27,292 bases of DNA from Priapulus caudatus (taxonomy: Eukaryota): NCBI RefSeq assembly GCF_000485595.1, contig NW_014577074.1:1073479-1100770 (forward strand), written 5' to 3'. The number at the start of each line of letters is the position of its first letter. Within the stretch, counting starts at the first letter, position 1. Under the pieces are notes generated by a model. It was not told where the DNA came from. It searched no databases and was given only the letters and a program-made list of their open reading frames with translations. Both the position numbers and the translations under genes were made by a program. Below, piece by piece: positions 8,601-20,600 of the stretch.

Positions 8601-11600
8601 ATACCACCCCCGACCCTCAGCAAACTCCTGTCAGAAACCTATACTTGAAACAATATAAAAACATCCTCCAACAAAAACATAAACGATAAAAAAAACTAAA
8701 TAGAAACGTAAAAACCACAAACAAAAAACACAACAAAATATAACACTTACACACAAGTGACTGCCTAACCGCCTTTAAAAGACCCCCCAATGCTAAAGGA
8801 TACTGTAAACCAGGTCCACATCAAATATCCCACAGGTATAAAGTAATATAATAACAAATCTTACATGAATATTTTCATAATGAAAAACTAAACATGAGGT
8901 CTAAAACGATGTTCCTACCTGCCAGCTGACTCTACTGGATAGAGACTCAACAATAAGGCGATAATCTGTCCGCTGCGGTGGTCCATACCGACTGCAAAAA
9001 GCAAAAAAAAAAAAAATGACATGACGACATGCTGCATATGACACGATTAATCGCGGATTTTACTGGTTTCTGAATGCACTTGTATTATAGAGAATTCTAG
9101 AAGATATTACGTTTTATTGAGAGCAAAATTCCAACTTATTGCCTGTTATTGAACTTTTAACAATCTTCTATCTTTTCTAATGCCCACTTTATGTTCTTAA
9201 CAATATATGAACAAAAAAATGAACACAGATTTGTATTTCTTCAGAGACAAATTATGTTACTTTAGTGCACAGACATCTAATTTAACCTTAATTAGCATCT
9301 TAATTTACTTTTGCTTATAATATTAAAGAGCAACAATCAAATTAATTGAGCATATTTAAAGGGATACTTGACCGTACTAGCTAGGTTCCTTGCATATTTT
9401 CAGTTAAAAAAGGTTTAAATTATGAAACTAAAAATTCCATTGTTCAATATTCATTAGAAATATTTTTTTTTTAATATTTTAAAACTAACGACTATATCGT
9501 TGCTTAAAACGACGGTAGCGACACTACTAGCCCAGCTACTATCAAAGTTGCGCATTACAACGTTTCGGCTGCAGGCTATAATAGACCAAGTACGTTTCTT
9601 ATTTATTAAAGAGGAGGATTGCAATATCTTATAAACAACTTTTAGATTCAGTTATAAAATGGACAAATTTCTCATAAAATAAAAATCATTCGGTTAAATA
9701 GCAGTTAGCTATAAATATAATTGCACAATCGCGAAGTGTCATGTCAGTGGCCAAAATTAGATTTCGAAACTCGCTGTGGTTTTAGGACGAGGGTGAATGC
9801 ATGATTATAGAAATTTGTAGGTACATACTATTATTTGTGCACTTGCTAATATACCCTAAAATTATAGGTTGTAGTATCACTTTAAACAGAGCCAAAATCA
9901 ATCAATTAAATGTGAGGTGCACAAAAATTATATAATATAAATAAAGTAGAAAGCACACACAATATTGTGGTACAACAAAACACAACAATGCATACCCCAT
10001 GCAAACTGCTAAGTCGAGTGGCATTTATGTTCACCTTATTGTCTCTTCAGCGCAAAGAAGAAATGACATTACATTGCCTAGGTACTGGGGGACTATATCT
10101 TGGCTGGCAGCATATCAACAGTGCTACTCTGCATTCGCAGTGTTCTCATGCTATGCCTGGTGTAACGTTAGTGACGGCCAAATGCTATGACCGTTCTCTC
10201 ACATGCATTCTTAGTTGCATAACATGTTAGTGTATATTGGTGTCCCACACGTGCATTGAATTTGCAATGACAATTGATTCGTTTAGATTAAATGCATTTA
10301 TCTACAGACTGTTCCCCCGATAATATAAAATGATGAACACTGATCCTTGAGAGTAAGAAATGGTACTGTTGCTACAACATGTCAGATCTTATTGGAAATC
10401 GTTATATTTCCAAATCTGTATTTACTGTATTTGCAAATTGCTTATTGCACTAAAAATTAGAGAAAAAATCTCCCGCGTTTCACGTTCTTGGTTTGCCAGT
10501 GACATTGGGTATTGTGTACAAAATTATAAAGCTTTGCTAATCGTGTACATAGACTCAGATCAGGGCCAGCTTGACGAGGGGGTCTTACTTGTCACGGCCG
10601 CTGTCACGTTCCCAGGGTCGGCCCCCTCTTCTGCCACCATTAGGACCTGGGTGCCCGCCACCAGAACCCCGTGGGGTACCTCTAGCGTGTTCTAATACCA
10701 CCCTGAAAGCAACAAGTATACGTCAACGACAGTACAGTAACAGAAAATGCCCTGCTCTGGGAAGCCAAGCGATGAAGGTGTGGCAGTCATTACCAAGATG
10801 TGAACGTAGGTGCACCGCAAGAAGAAGTTTGTGCTGTCAACAACTGTGCGAGGATAATGTTGGTGATCCTCAGAGAAACCGAGAATGACTGCCACTACCC
10901 CACATCTGCTTGGCTTGGCAGAGGAGGACAGGAAGAGCACACTGGGTGTCTTACTTGTCTCGTCTGGGGGGCGGGCGTCTATCCCGATAGCCGCCGCCGC
11001 CGCCGCCACCGCCGCCACCGCCGCCGCCACCGCCGCCCCCGCCACCGCCACCTTGCCCACTAAATCCTCCAAATCCTCCGCCACGCACTGGTCCTCTGGC
11101 ATGCTCAATAATGACCCTGTATATTAGAAATACATCAAACATGCTGCCATAAAGCGATCGAGCAACGGCAAGCCAGTCCACACCGTGATCGCCACAACCA
11201 CCTAAACATGCTACACAAAGTCTGTAACAAAAAAAAACAGCAAGTACTGAGTGAACTACACGTGACACATATATGCTTACATATATACCCAGGTCAATAT
11301 TGCCCCAACAGACACAATATGTGTACATTGCCACACACATTGCTGATATAGAAAACCATGTTAAAAATTGGAATCAAAATAATTATAAATTAACATCACA
11401 CACGATTCTTGTGACATGATAAAAACCATAAATGTTCTTGCAAACAATATCCTATGAATTAATATGCACATGTATACATACTGCTACTGGCTAGTTTGAT
11501 TGCTTTACATAATAATTTATAATAAAAAAACATTAGTCCAATATAACAATTTGTGACAACTTTATCATGAGATAAAATTATCATGTACAAGGCGCGAAAT

Positions 11601-14600
11601 TAGCACCGTCCCACCGGCATATCAGTGATGAAAATTAACACTCGCCCAGTCACCCGAGGCGAGTAGAAATAATGTTGGGCACCAAAATTTCATTGAAAAG
11701 TCGCCCGGAATGCGAGGTTTTGTTTTTATAGTTAAACATTCAATAATCAATGAAATCACTACGATTTCAGTGCTATGATTACGCCACTACAATTCGCTCA
11801 CCATTTCCTGGAATTTTGATAAATTTTTTGACCACTAGAATGAAAACTAATTCACTCTATCCTGCTAGGACTAGGAGTATCGAGTAGGAACATGTTGATA
11901 CCACTGATCTCTATTATACTAACTGGATAGCTCATAGTCATAGCGGCCGCTAGGCGTAGCCACCGGAAGTTGTCGTGAGTCGTGACGCCATGACACCACT
12001 CGCAGAAGTAGAATTATTCACGATGATAACCATACGGATGATACGCTTCAGCGCAGCAGACGTCAGAACAAGCAACGGAAAGATTGTGTAAAATCATTTC
12101 ATTTGTATGTATTATACCCTAAACTTGTGCCTTAACATTGTGCAGCGTGAGAAACTAGCGGTCGCCCAGTCGCCAGTGGCGATTAGAAAATCGACCGGGC
12201 GACTGCTTGCTCGTGTCAGCTGGTCCGGCGGGGCGACTAGATAATCGCCGCACAGGACATAAAAATTTTACCAAACTGAGGCCATAATAAAAATGTTGGT
12301 TGTTTGCCCTCACCCGACCGACCCGCCAAAAAGGGGCCGACACAAACATTTGTATTGACCTTTCCGATTTTTTTTTTAAGTTTCTGTATGTGGCAGGCCT
12401 GCGGCAACTGTACGCGGGCTATAGTACTAGAGCTATGCACAGCCTGCGTACGTGCCTGTTGGCTGGGCGGCACCGATTGAAGTAGGGGGGGAAGGGCGAG
12501 TGCATTATTGATTGTTTCACTTTCAGCTGCGTGCCAGGGTGCATGTTATTACATATGTAGGGGGTGGCCGGGCACCGCTGGTATGAGAGCGCGGCAGCAA
12601 AACTTTCCTGGAATCGCTAAATTCCAAAACTTGGACAGCAAAACTTTCCTGGAATCCTGGAAATCGCTATATTATAATTTAGATATTAAATAACTTAATT
12701 ATGGATCTAACTCTGACAGATTAACTTTATTTTCCTTTCCAAAGACTAATATGTGCTAAGAAGATATTTATTATTTCTTAATTCAAGTTGCTTTTATTTG
12801 TAATGCTTTTATTTCCACATTACGTGTATGTGTGCGTGCGTGCGTGCGTGATCTGGAAATAAAATCATGCACAATTTAGCTCTGATAAACACAAGTTGTT
12901 AAAAGTATTTTATATGTATATTGTATCACTGTACAATGTACATTATATAAATGTGTAGGCAAACATAAAAGGTATCTCCACACAAGCACACCTGAGCACG
13001 TAGGCACTGGACACCATTGCTGAATTTGTAAAAAGACCGCCCTAAAAAAAAGCCAACCACACTTTTCAGCCTGGGTCGGGTGAGGGCAAACAAAAAATTG
13101 TTTAATTGTGGCCTGATTATTTTGTTATTNNNNNNNNNNNNNNNNNNNNNNNNNNNNNNNNNNNNNNNNNNNNNNNNNNNNNNNNNNNNNNNNNNNNNNN
13201 NNNNNNNNNNNNNNNNNNNNNNNNNNNNNNNNNNNNNNNNNNNNNNNNNNNNNNNNNNNNNNNNNNNNNNNNNNNNNNNNNNNNNNNNNNNNNNNNNNNN
13301 NNNNNNNNNNNNNNNNNNNNNNNNNNNNNNNNNNNNNNNNNNNNNNNNNNNNNNNNNNNNNNNNNNNNNNNNNNNNNNNNNNNNNNNNNNNNNNNNNNNN
13401 NNNNNNNNNNNNNNNNNNNNNNNNNNNNNNNNNNNNNNNNNNNNNNNNNNNNNNNNNNNNNNNNNNNNNNNNNNNNNNNNNNNNNNNNNNNNNNNNNNNN
13501 NNNNNNNNNNNNNNNNNNNNNNNNNNNNNNNNNNNNNNNNNNNNNNNNNNNNNNNNNNNNNNNNNNNNNNNNNNNNNNNNNNNNNNNNNNNNNNNNNNNN
13601 NNNNNNNNNNNNNNNNNNNNNNNNNNNNNNNNNNNNNNNNNNNNNNNNNNNNNNNNNNNNNNNNNNNNNNNNNNNNNNNNNNNNNNNNNNNNNNNNNNNN
13701 NNNNNNNNNNNNNNNNNNNNNNNNNNNNNNNNNNNNNNNNNNNNNNNNNNNNNNNNNNNNNNNNNNNNNNNNNNNNNNNNNNNNNNNNNNNNNNNNNNNN
13801 NNNNNNNNNNNNNNNNNNNNNNNNNNNNNNNNNNNNNNNNNNNNNNNNNNNNNNNNNNNNNNNNNNNNNNNNNNNNNNNNNNNNNNNNNNNNNNNNNNNN
13901 NNNNNNNNNNNNNNNNNNNNNNNNNNNNNNNNNNNNNNNNNNNNNNNNNNNNNNNNNNNNNNNNNNNNNNNNNNNNNNNNNNNNNNNNNNNNNNNNNNNN
14001 NNNNNNNNNNNNNNNNNNNNNTCGGACGGACGCTCGGACGGACGCTCGGATGGACGGACGGACGATCATGCGATTCTACAAGCTGCATCTGACTATGTCA
14101 GATGAGCTAAAAATAGTCAAATTCCGAAGCCTAAAGTTCATGCGAAGTACACAAACTCTCCATGTTTGTTGTGTTCGATTTTCTAGGTCATGCTGTTAAA
14201 GCTCTGCTAATTCGATAATACTGGGCATCCCGACCAATCAGCGATCGCGTGTAATAAAATATGATAATTAATAGGAATAATGGGTGGTCTTCAGAGACCG
14301 CTGGCGCTGATCTTTGATGTTTTGATCGTTGATTTTTGATCGTTGATTTTTGATCTTTGATTGATTTGATTGATTTTTGAGGTTGATTTTTGGACTTGTT
14401 CCGATTAACTACGCATCAGTGTATCGAAACGAGTAAAAAATATAATTTTTAAGAATACCTTAGAATGCACATTACCAAATTGCACCATCCCCCCTATGAA
14501 AACGTCCCCACATCCGAGTCATTCCCTTTGCTATGACAGAAATCCTGGACCAGTGCCTACTGACCAGGACCAGTACTTCCTCAGAGGCACTGGTCCTGCT

Positions 14601-17600
14601 GGACCAGTGCCTCCAATTATCAGTTTTTCACCCTGTTGTGTATTTACTTAAATGAGCGAAAACACTGAGTTTGAACTAGATAGCCGACATAAGCGCTACT
14701 GTACGTGTAGATACAAGAATGTAACCCAACAAGAGTAGCTCAGTGAAGTTAGCTCCCAGTTCCTTATTCGAATAAGGAAATAGTAACTAGGCAAAGCAGT
14801 TACCAGTTCCCACTTCCCAGTTCCTTATTCGAATAAGGAACTAGTAACTAGGCAAAGCAGTTACCAGTTCCCACTTCCCAGTTCCTTATTCGAATAAGGA
14901 ACTAGTAACTAGGCAAAGCAGTTACCAGTTCCTTATTCGAATAAGGAACAAGCCTAATTACCCCAGTCACACCAGGGCCCGATCTGCAACGTACGGCGCG
15001 CTACTACGCGCTCTAAGACCGCTGCGCTGAAAACGTGTAGAACGCAGTGTGGCACGTATATGGAAGCGTTACTGCCGATCTGTGATCTGCGCGCGTGCAG
15101 TCAGCATGATGCCGTAGGGGGAGCTAGGAGCCAAACTTTGAACATGTTTTCAAAATAATCGTGGTGACGCGCGTGGCGGAAATTACCAGCCGCAGCTGCG
15201 GCGCGTATTAGCAGACGTGGAACGGCGTAGTACCACGCTAACCTCGAGCAACTAGTACGAACTTAAAGCGCACAGTAAGCCTCTAGGCATTTTACTGCCC
15301 ATACACGGTACCTTACTGTATTAACAAATCAGTCTATACCCATCATGTATTTGTCACCAGATCCACTTAATAATTATTTATCACATCAACGCCCCTTACG
15401 AAATTTGAACGCCGCCATGACACCTGCGACGTGCTGCACCCTGAAAAAGTTGCGTATTTGGATTTATATTTGCAGGTAAATGAACGCAGTGGGCCTAATC
15501 ACAAAGTGCAATTATATTTATAGCCTAAATGCTATTTAACCGAACGCATATTCATTTTAGGGCCAAATTTATCCATATTATAACTGCAACTATATGTCGT
15601 GTATAAGATATCTAACAGCATACTTTTTGCCTTTTAAAATGAAGTAAATAAGCAAATACCTCGCGTCTTGTAGCCTTGAGTGAAAAATGGTTTTGCGCAA
15701 CTATTCCTTCAGATCGCTGCGCTCGAGCTTGCGCGCCACCGGCGTTGTCAATCAAACTGTAGTTCGTTAGTTTTAAAACATTTTTTAAAAATATTTTCTA
15801 ATAGCCCGATTGAACATGGAAACTTTAATGTAGGCCTGCAATTATAAACACTAAGAATTAGCTGGAAAATAACCTAGAACCTAGAGGCCGATCTGTTCCT
15901 TTAATGCGTCGTCATCGCAAGCGTGGTGTCCGGCGGGGCGTGCGCCCGTGAAAGATGGTCGCCCTTGTTCAGCCCATCGATGAATCAATACGTTTTCATA
16001 CGTTTATAATTTGGGGTCCTACCTGGCCAGGCCCACCAGTTCAGTGTCCACTATGTGATACCGGCACACTACTCTCATGCCCATGTTTCTCGCTAGAGAA
16101 CTCGAACTCGAATTTGGCCGACGCTCCAACCACTGCTCACCACGCTCGTGCTCGCAAATTTTCTTTTAGCGACGGCGGGCGATCGTGATGAGCGTAGCTC
16201 TGGTGTGACTTATGCGTTGTGTTTTGTCGTGGGGGCAGACGGGGCCCTAAGTAGACTAGCAAAGCAGTTACCAGGTTCCCATTCGAAATGCAAATCATTG
16301 AATTGGCGACGAGCTGGTAACTAGGCAAAATAGTTATTTAGTTACCTTTTATTCGGCCAAATGAACCTTTGGCACACATTTATTTAACCAGTTACCAGTT
16401 CGGGCGGGCATACCAGGCTACCTTATTGCGTTACCAGTTCAAATAAATGCTGTGCCAAAGGGTTAATTTTGGGGCCGAATAAGATAGACTAGTAACCTAT
16501 TTTGCCTAGTTACCAGTCCCAATTCAATGCCTTGCAATTTTCGAACTGGGAAACTGGTAACTGCCTTTGCCTAGTTACTAGTTCCTTAGTTCGAATAAGG
16601 AACGTGGGAACTGCGGAACTCGGATAACTGTCTTTGCCTAGTTTTTACTAGCTCCTTATTCAAATAAGGAATTGGGAACTGGGAACTGGTAAGCTGCATT
16701 TGCCTAGCTCTACTAGTTCCTTATTCGAGATAAATGGCATACTGAGAAACTGGGAGCTAACGTTCACCGACCTCCATCACGATTTAGACGTAGACCTGTT
16801 TCACAGGAGTACGGCGTGTATTAGGTACTCTTGTTGCGGGTTAGCACTTATTGTTATCTACTGTACGAGACCTACGTGTACACCAACACTGCGACACTGG
16901 TCCAAGCAGGTAAGACCACCGAGGTGGCCCGCTACTCACTTGCAGACCTCTTATGTTCACTATTGCAGTGTATTACTATTTAGGGTCAGTAAAGTTTGTA
17001 ATTTTATGCGCATTATTCTCCTATTGTGTGTCACACCCTGCTATGTGTAATTGATATACCTGGCGCAAATTTATATATCGCCAGGTGCGTATCCGTCCCC
17101 TGGGGTACGTTCAGACGGGTGCCAGACTCACGGTTGATAGGTCAACGTGCAGATCATCGATAGGTCGAGCTGTTGTAGATTTGCTGCCGCAATTTCTGCC
17201 CATTTTCCTCCCTATACCTTAAGTTAAGAGGGAATGCTTCCCCTTCGTTTTACAACCTCTTGACCTGTGACCCCAGCCTCTTACGACATACCTAAACTCT
17301 GTTCTTCGCGATTCCCCTCCCCCAACACGTCCCGTATATCCTGTGAACCGTGACGTCGTGTAGCGGTTAAAGATTTGTGCCCAAACTGGTGGCGAACAGA
17401 ACGGACGCGACGGACGGCCGGACGGACAATCATGCCGATCTCAAGCAAGCCACCTGACTACGTCAGATGAGCCTAATAATTAGAGCATCAGCTGGTTGAT
17501 ACACGTTCATCGGGCGGCCATTTTGTCATGTGCATTCCCTGGTGTAACCTAAACGCGGGCTCTCATTGCTGTCGGCGCGTTCTTTCTGCTTCGCACGATC

Positions 17601-20600
17601 GTTTTTCTAGCCTTGCCCTATGGTCTTCTTTGTCTACGTCGGGTACTCGGCTTTTCGGGCCGTTCAGGGCTGGCGGAACATCGGCAGGTGCAGAGCATGT
17701 GTTGTATATGCGGTGTTGGGTATCTGACCAGAGCAATATAAATCCAATGCCACCAATGCCCCATAATATTTACGCTGCTCTGCCATCTGGACATTGCCTC
17801 ACTGATCCATTAGGAAGGAACGTGGCGTTGTAAACATGTTGTAACTTAGATACATAATGTACCACACAAGGTGCACGCCTACTCTTGTTGGTATCATTAT
17901 TGTATCTAGGTAAGTTACACTCCAATGCAATCTAATAAAAAATTGTCGATCAATTACTAACGATAAGAATATATTGTGAAAAAAAAGTTAAATATTTAAT
18001 AAAATGCCCATCAAAATGCTCTGTCCCCGCCAATCACAGGAATTTGATCCAGTGGTGCAGCAATAAAATTTATGGAACCAGATTGAATGGCGATACCTAG
18101 AGAAGCTTGTTGCCGCCAAAGAGGTGTTTTAATGCGAGAGGCTGCTGCGCCGCGTTTCCGCGGCAAGGCGCACGCGACCGCGTGGTGGGAACGTCCTACG
18201 ACAGTATGCAGCGCCTGGCAGCTATGGATTCCGATGCGCCGAATGCATATGCCGCCAGCGCCACGAATCCATACGCTGCCAGCGAACATGTCCCGCAATT
18301 TTAAGTGCGGGGACACCCAGAGGGCAGACATTTGCGAACGTGACAGCTGTTCACCTGATTATAAAATCCTGTAACCTGAGTAATCTTGGCACCCGCGGTC
18401 CGGCGCGTTCGTAACGAGCTGTGTCACGCGAGAATCACAGAAAGACTGTCGAAATTCTGACATTCTGCCGGAACCTTGCCATAATGGAAACGGCTGTCGA
18501 ATCAGAGAGAGACAGCCACCGCGCGCTGCTGTCTCGTCCGGGCGGCCCCAACGCTGCAACGTTTTTGGCCAAGGTTCAATGGCGCAGGCTTCGTACTGGC
18601 AGTTGTACAAGCCCAGTGCGCCGACTGCCCGCCGCCTATAGCCCATAGACTGGCACTCTCTCCCACCTTCTCGCTTAGCTTAGTCCTCACTAACTGGCTA
18701 ATCGAGATGGGAGCGAGTCCCTAGTCTATATATAGCTTTGTACTCCAACCTCTCTCGAAAGAGAGTAGGCTAGTCATCTAGACAACATTCAAGAATTTGG
18801 TAGTAAATAGATTTCGTAATTTAGTTACGCAATTAGTATTATATTGAAACGGCTTTCAAGTGCCGTGTGTTATGTATATAGCGGTAATTCTAACCCTAGA
18901 AAGACCGTTTCTTGGAGCTAGTAGTATTAGTAGTACCTTATACGTATAGTAACTAGTAGTAGTAGTCACTAGTCGTAGTAGTCTAGTGAGTGACTTAGTG
19001 TTTCAAGGATAGAGAACATCGGTCCCCAATATTACTATGGGGCCGAATGCTATGACATGGGCAATAAAACCAATGTATTGTAACGATCCAAATAAAATAT
19101 AATATTATATCAATATAATAGGTTATGGGGTTATGGTTTAGGGTCTTCGTCATTTGACTGGAGTAATTAATTACGGTAGTACTAGCTACTAAGTAGACAG
19201 ATGTGTAGTCGTATTACTGATTACTAATTAGCATCCTGCCGTGCCTGGTAGTTACTGTACTAGTACTGAGTAGGCTGCTGGGTAAAGCTTAGAGAGTACT
19301 ACTAACTACTAGTATAGTAGTAGTACTAGTAGTAATTATTGGTTGAACATTGATGTTACTTGTAGTAAATAGAAGTCATAGTATTCGTAGGTGTGGAATG
19401 TAATACCACTGCACTAGTCATTAACGTAGTTCTCTGACATCTATTGTTCGGGCTGTAGATTAATCACGCTGCTAAATGGCGCCGGTCAAATCCTCATGTG
19501 CAACACACAAGTAGAGCGGTTATGATACCCTAACCATGACGCCGACCGGCATGTGCACAAGCACGTAATAGAAAGTTTCAATACGATATATATATATGGG
19601 CTGAAAGTAAAACACGGCGAAATCTAATAGCTAGCTAGTAGTACTACAACATAGCTTGTGCTGGCGTGCACAAACAACATCAATGAAGAGAATACACAAT
19701 AGGATCTGGTTCAATAGAGTCGCGACAGTTTCGAGCAGGTGCTCAGTACCGCTACACATAAGCGTGAGTAGCGATATGCGCCGCAGTAAGGTGGCAAAGG
19801 TACGGCAGTCTAATATGGCCTCTTTAGATTCGGCGTTCGTTGCGCGCCGTCGTGTCGGCAAAAACATATGTATTAGCCTCATCACAACAACAAAACAAGA
19901 GAAAAACTAGAAATTCATTTATTACGCAAAGAAAGGGCGCGCGAATAACGAACTTCGAATTGGTAGAGCATTTCTAAGACAATGTCCGAGCATCCCTGGT
20001 TAGTCAAACCGTATACGTTCGAATGGCCAGAACTTGCTCCAATTCAGCGAAGTGGTGCTTGCGTTAATATTGTAAACCGTGTAAGGTGAAAAGGGAGCGC
20101 GGGCAGCAAAAGACGTGTTAGAGCTGCCGCTAGTCGGCCGCGCGCTTGGCGCGCTTCGCGCGGATATCCGGCTGCTGAATGTTGAGCAGGGTGTCAGGTA
20201 TAGGTCAAGGAGACCGACTTTAAAAAATAAAGATACAATGCTGGAAAACGCATTGGAAATTGTTGAGAATAATGGCACTGATGATAGAGACCAGGGGCTC
20301 AAACAGACACGATGATGACGGCTGATGATGACGAAACAGGAATTGACAATGGGGACTGAATGGACTCTGACAATGACATGGAAACTGTTTTCAAGCAATT
20401 GATTGAATAACTACTCTAATTAATGGTGTAATAAAAACAAATGTGGAAATTGTTGAAGTACTTCTTTTTTACTTCTTGTCACTAAGGTATAGTACGGAGT
20501 CCCCTAAATAAATATTTGTATTGGCCACTCGTCGTGCACGTTTCATCGGGCACCACCTGACTCTGTCGCCCTACTGAAGTGACATCGTGTATTTTCATAG

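Larger units (their letters stand above)
14708..16860. mobile_element. Foldback-type element (Mutator-like 9-bp TSD) with tandem-repeat arms
   Basis: Outer TIR TAGATACAAGAATGTAACCCAACAAGAGTA; flanks CTGTACGTG (14699-14707) and CTGTACGAG (16861-16869); arms 14740-14950 + 16245-16390 mirror 16440-16770. Confidence 0.7.

Noticed and set aside
10030..10060. Possible micro-exon AGACAATAAG|GTGAAC in intron 4
   Set aside because: Weak AAG/GAG acceptor and donor; 8 or 10 nt would break the frame; no further support.
5957..10954. Stop codons immediately on read-through of donors after exons 4a, 4b and 7
   Set aside because: An automatic consequence of a phase-2 GTAA donor, so not evidence of a special mechanism.
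10360..11127. Ala-rich and Arg/His-rich ORFs around exons 4a/4b
   Set aside because: Alternative-frame or antisense readings of the (GGC)n Gly tract and exon 4b.
13080..14105. Four long ORFs of 314-341 aa
   Set aside because: Artefacts of translating through the N gap.
14755..14949. CRISPR-like array of regularly spaced palindromic repeats
   Set aside because: The intervening sequences are identical rather than unique spacers, there are no cas genes, the context is a eukaryotic intron, and it is explained as foldback-element arms.
17528..18690. Cluster of GC-rich short ORFs
   Set aside because: No recognisable domain, and they lie in an apparently error-rich block within the TE stack.
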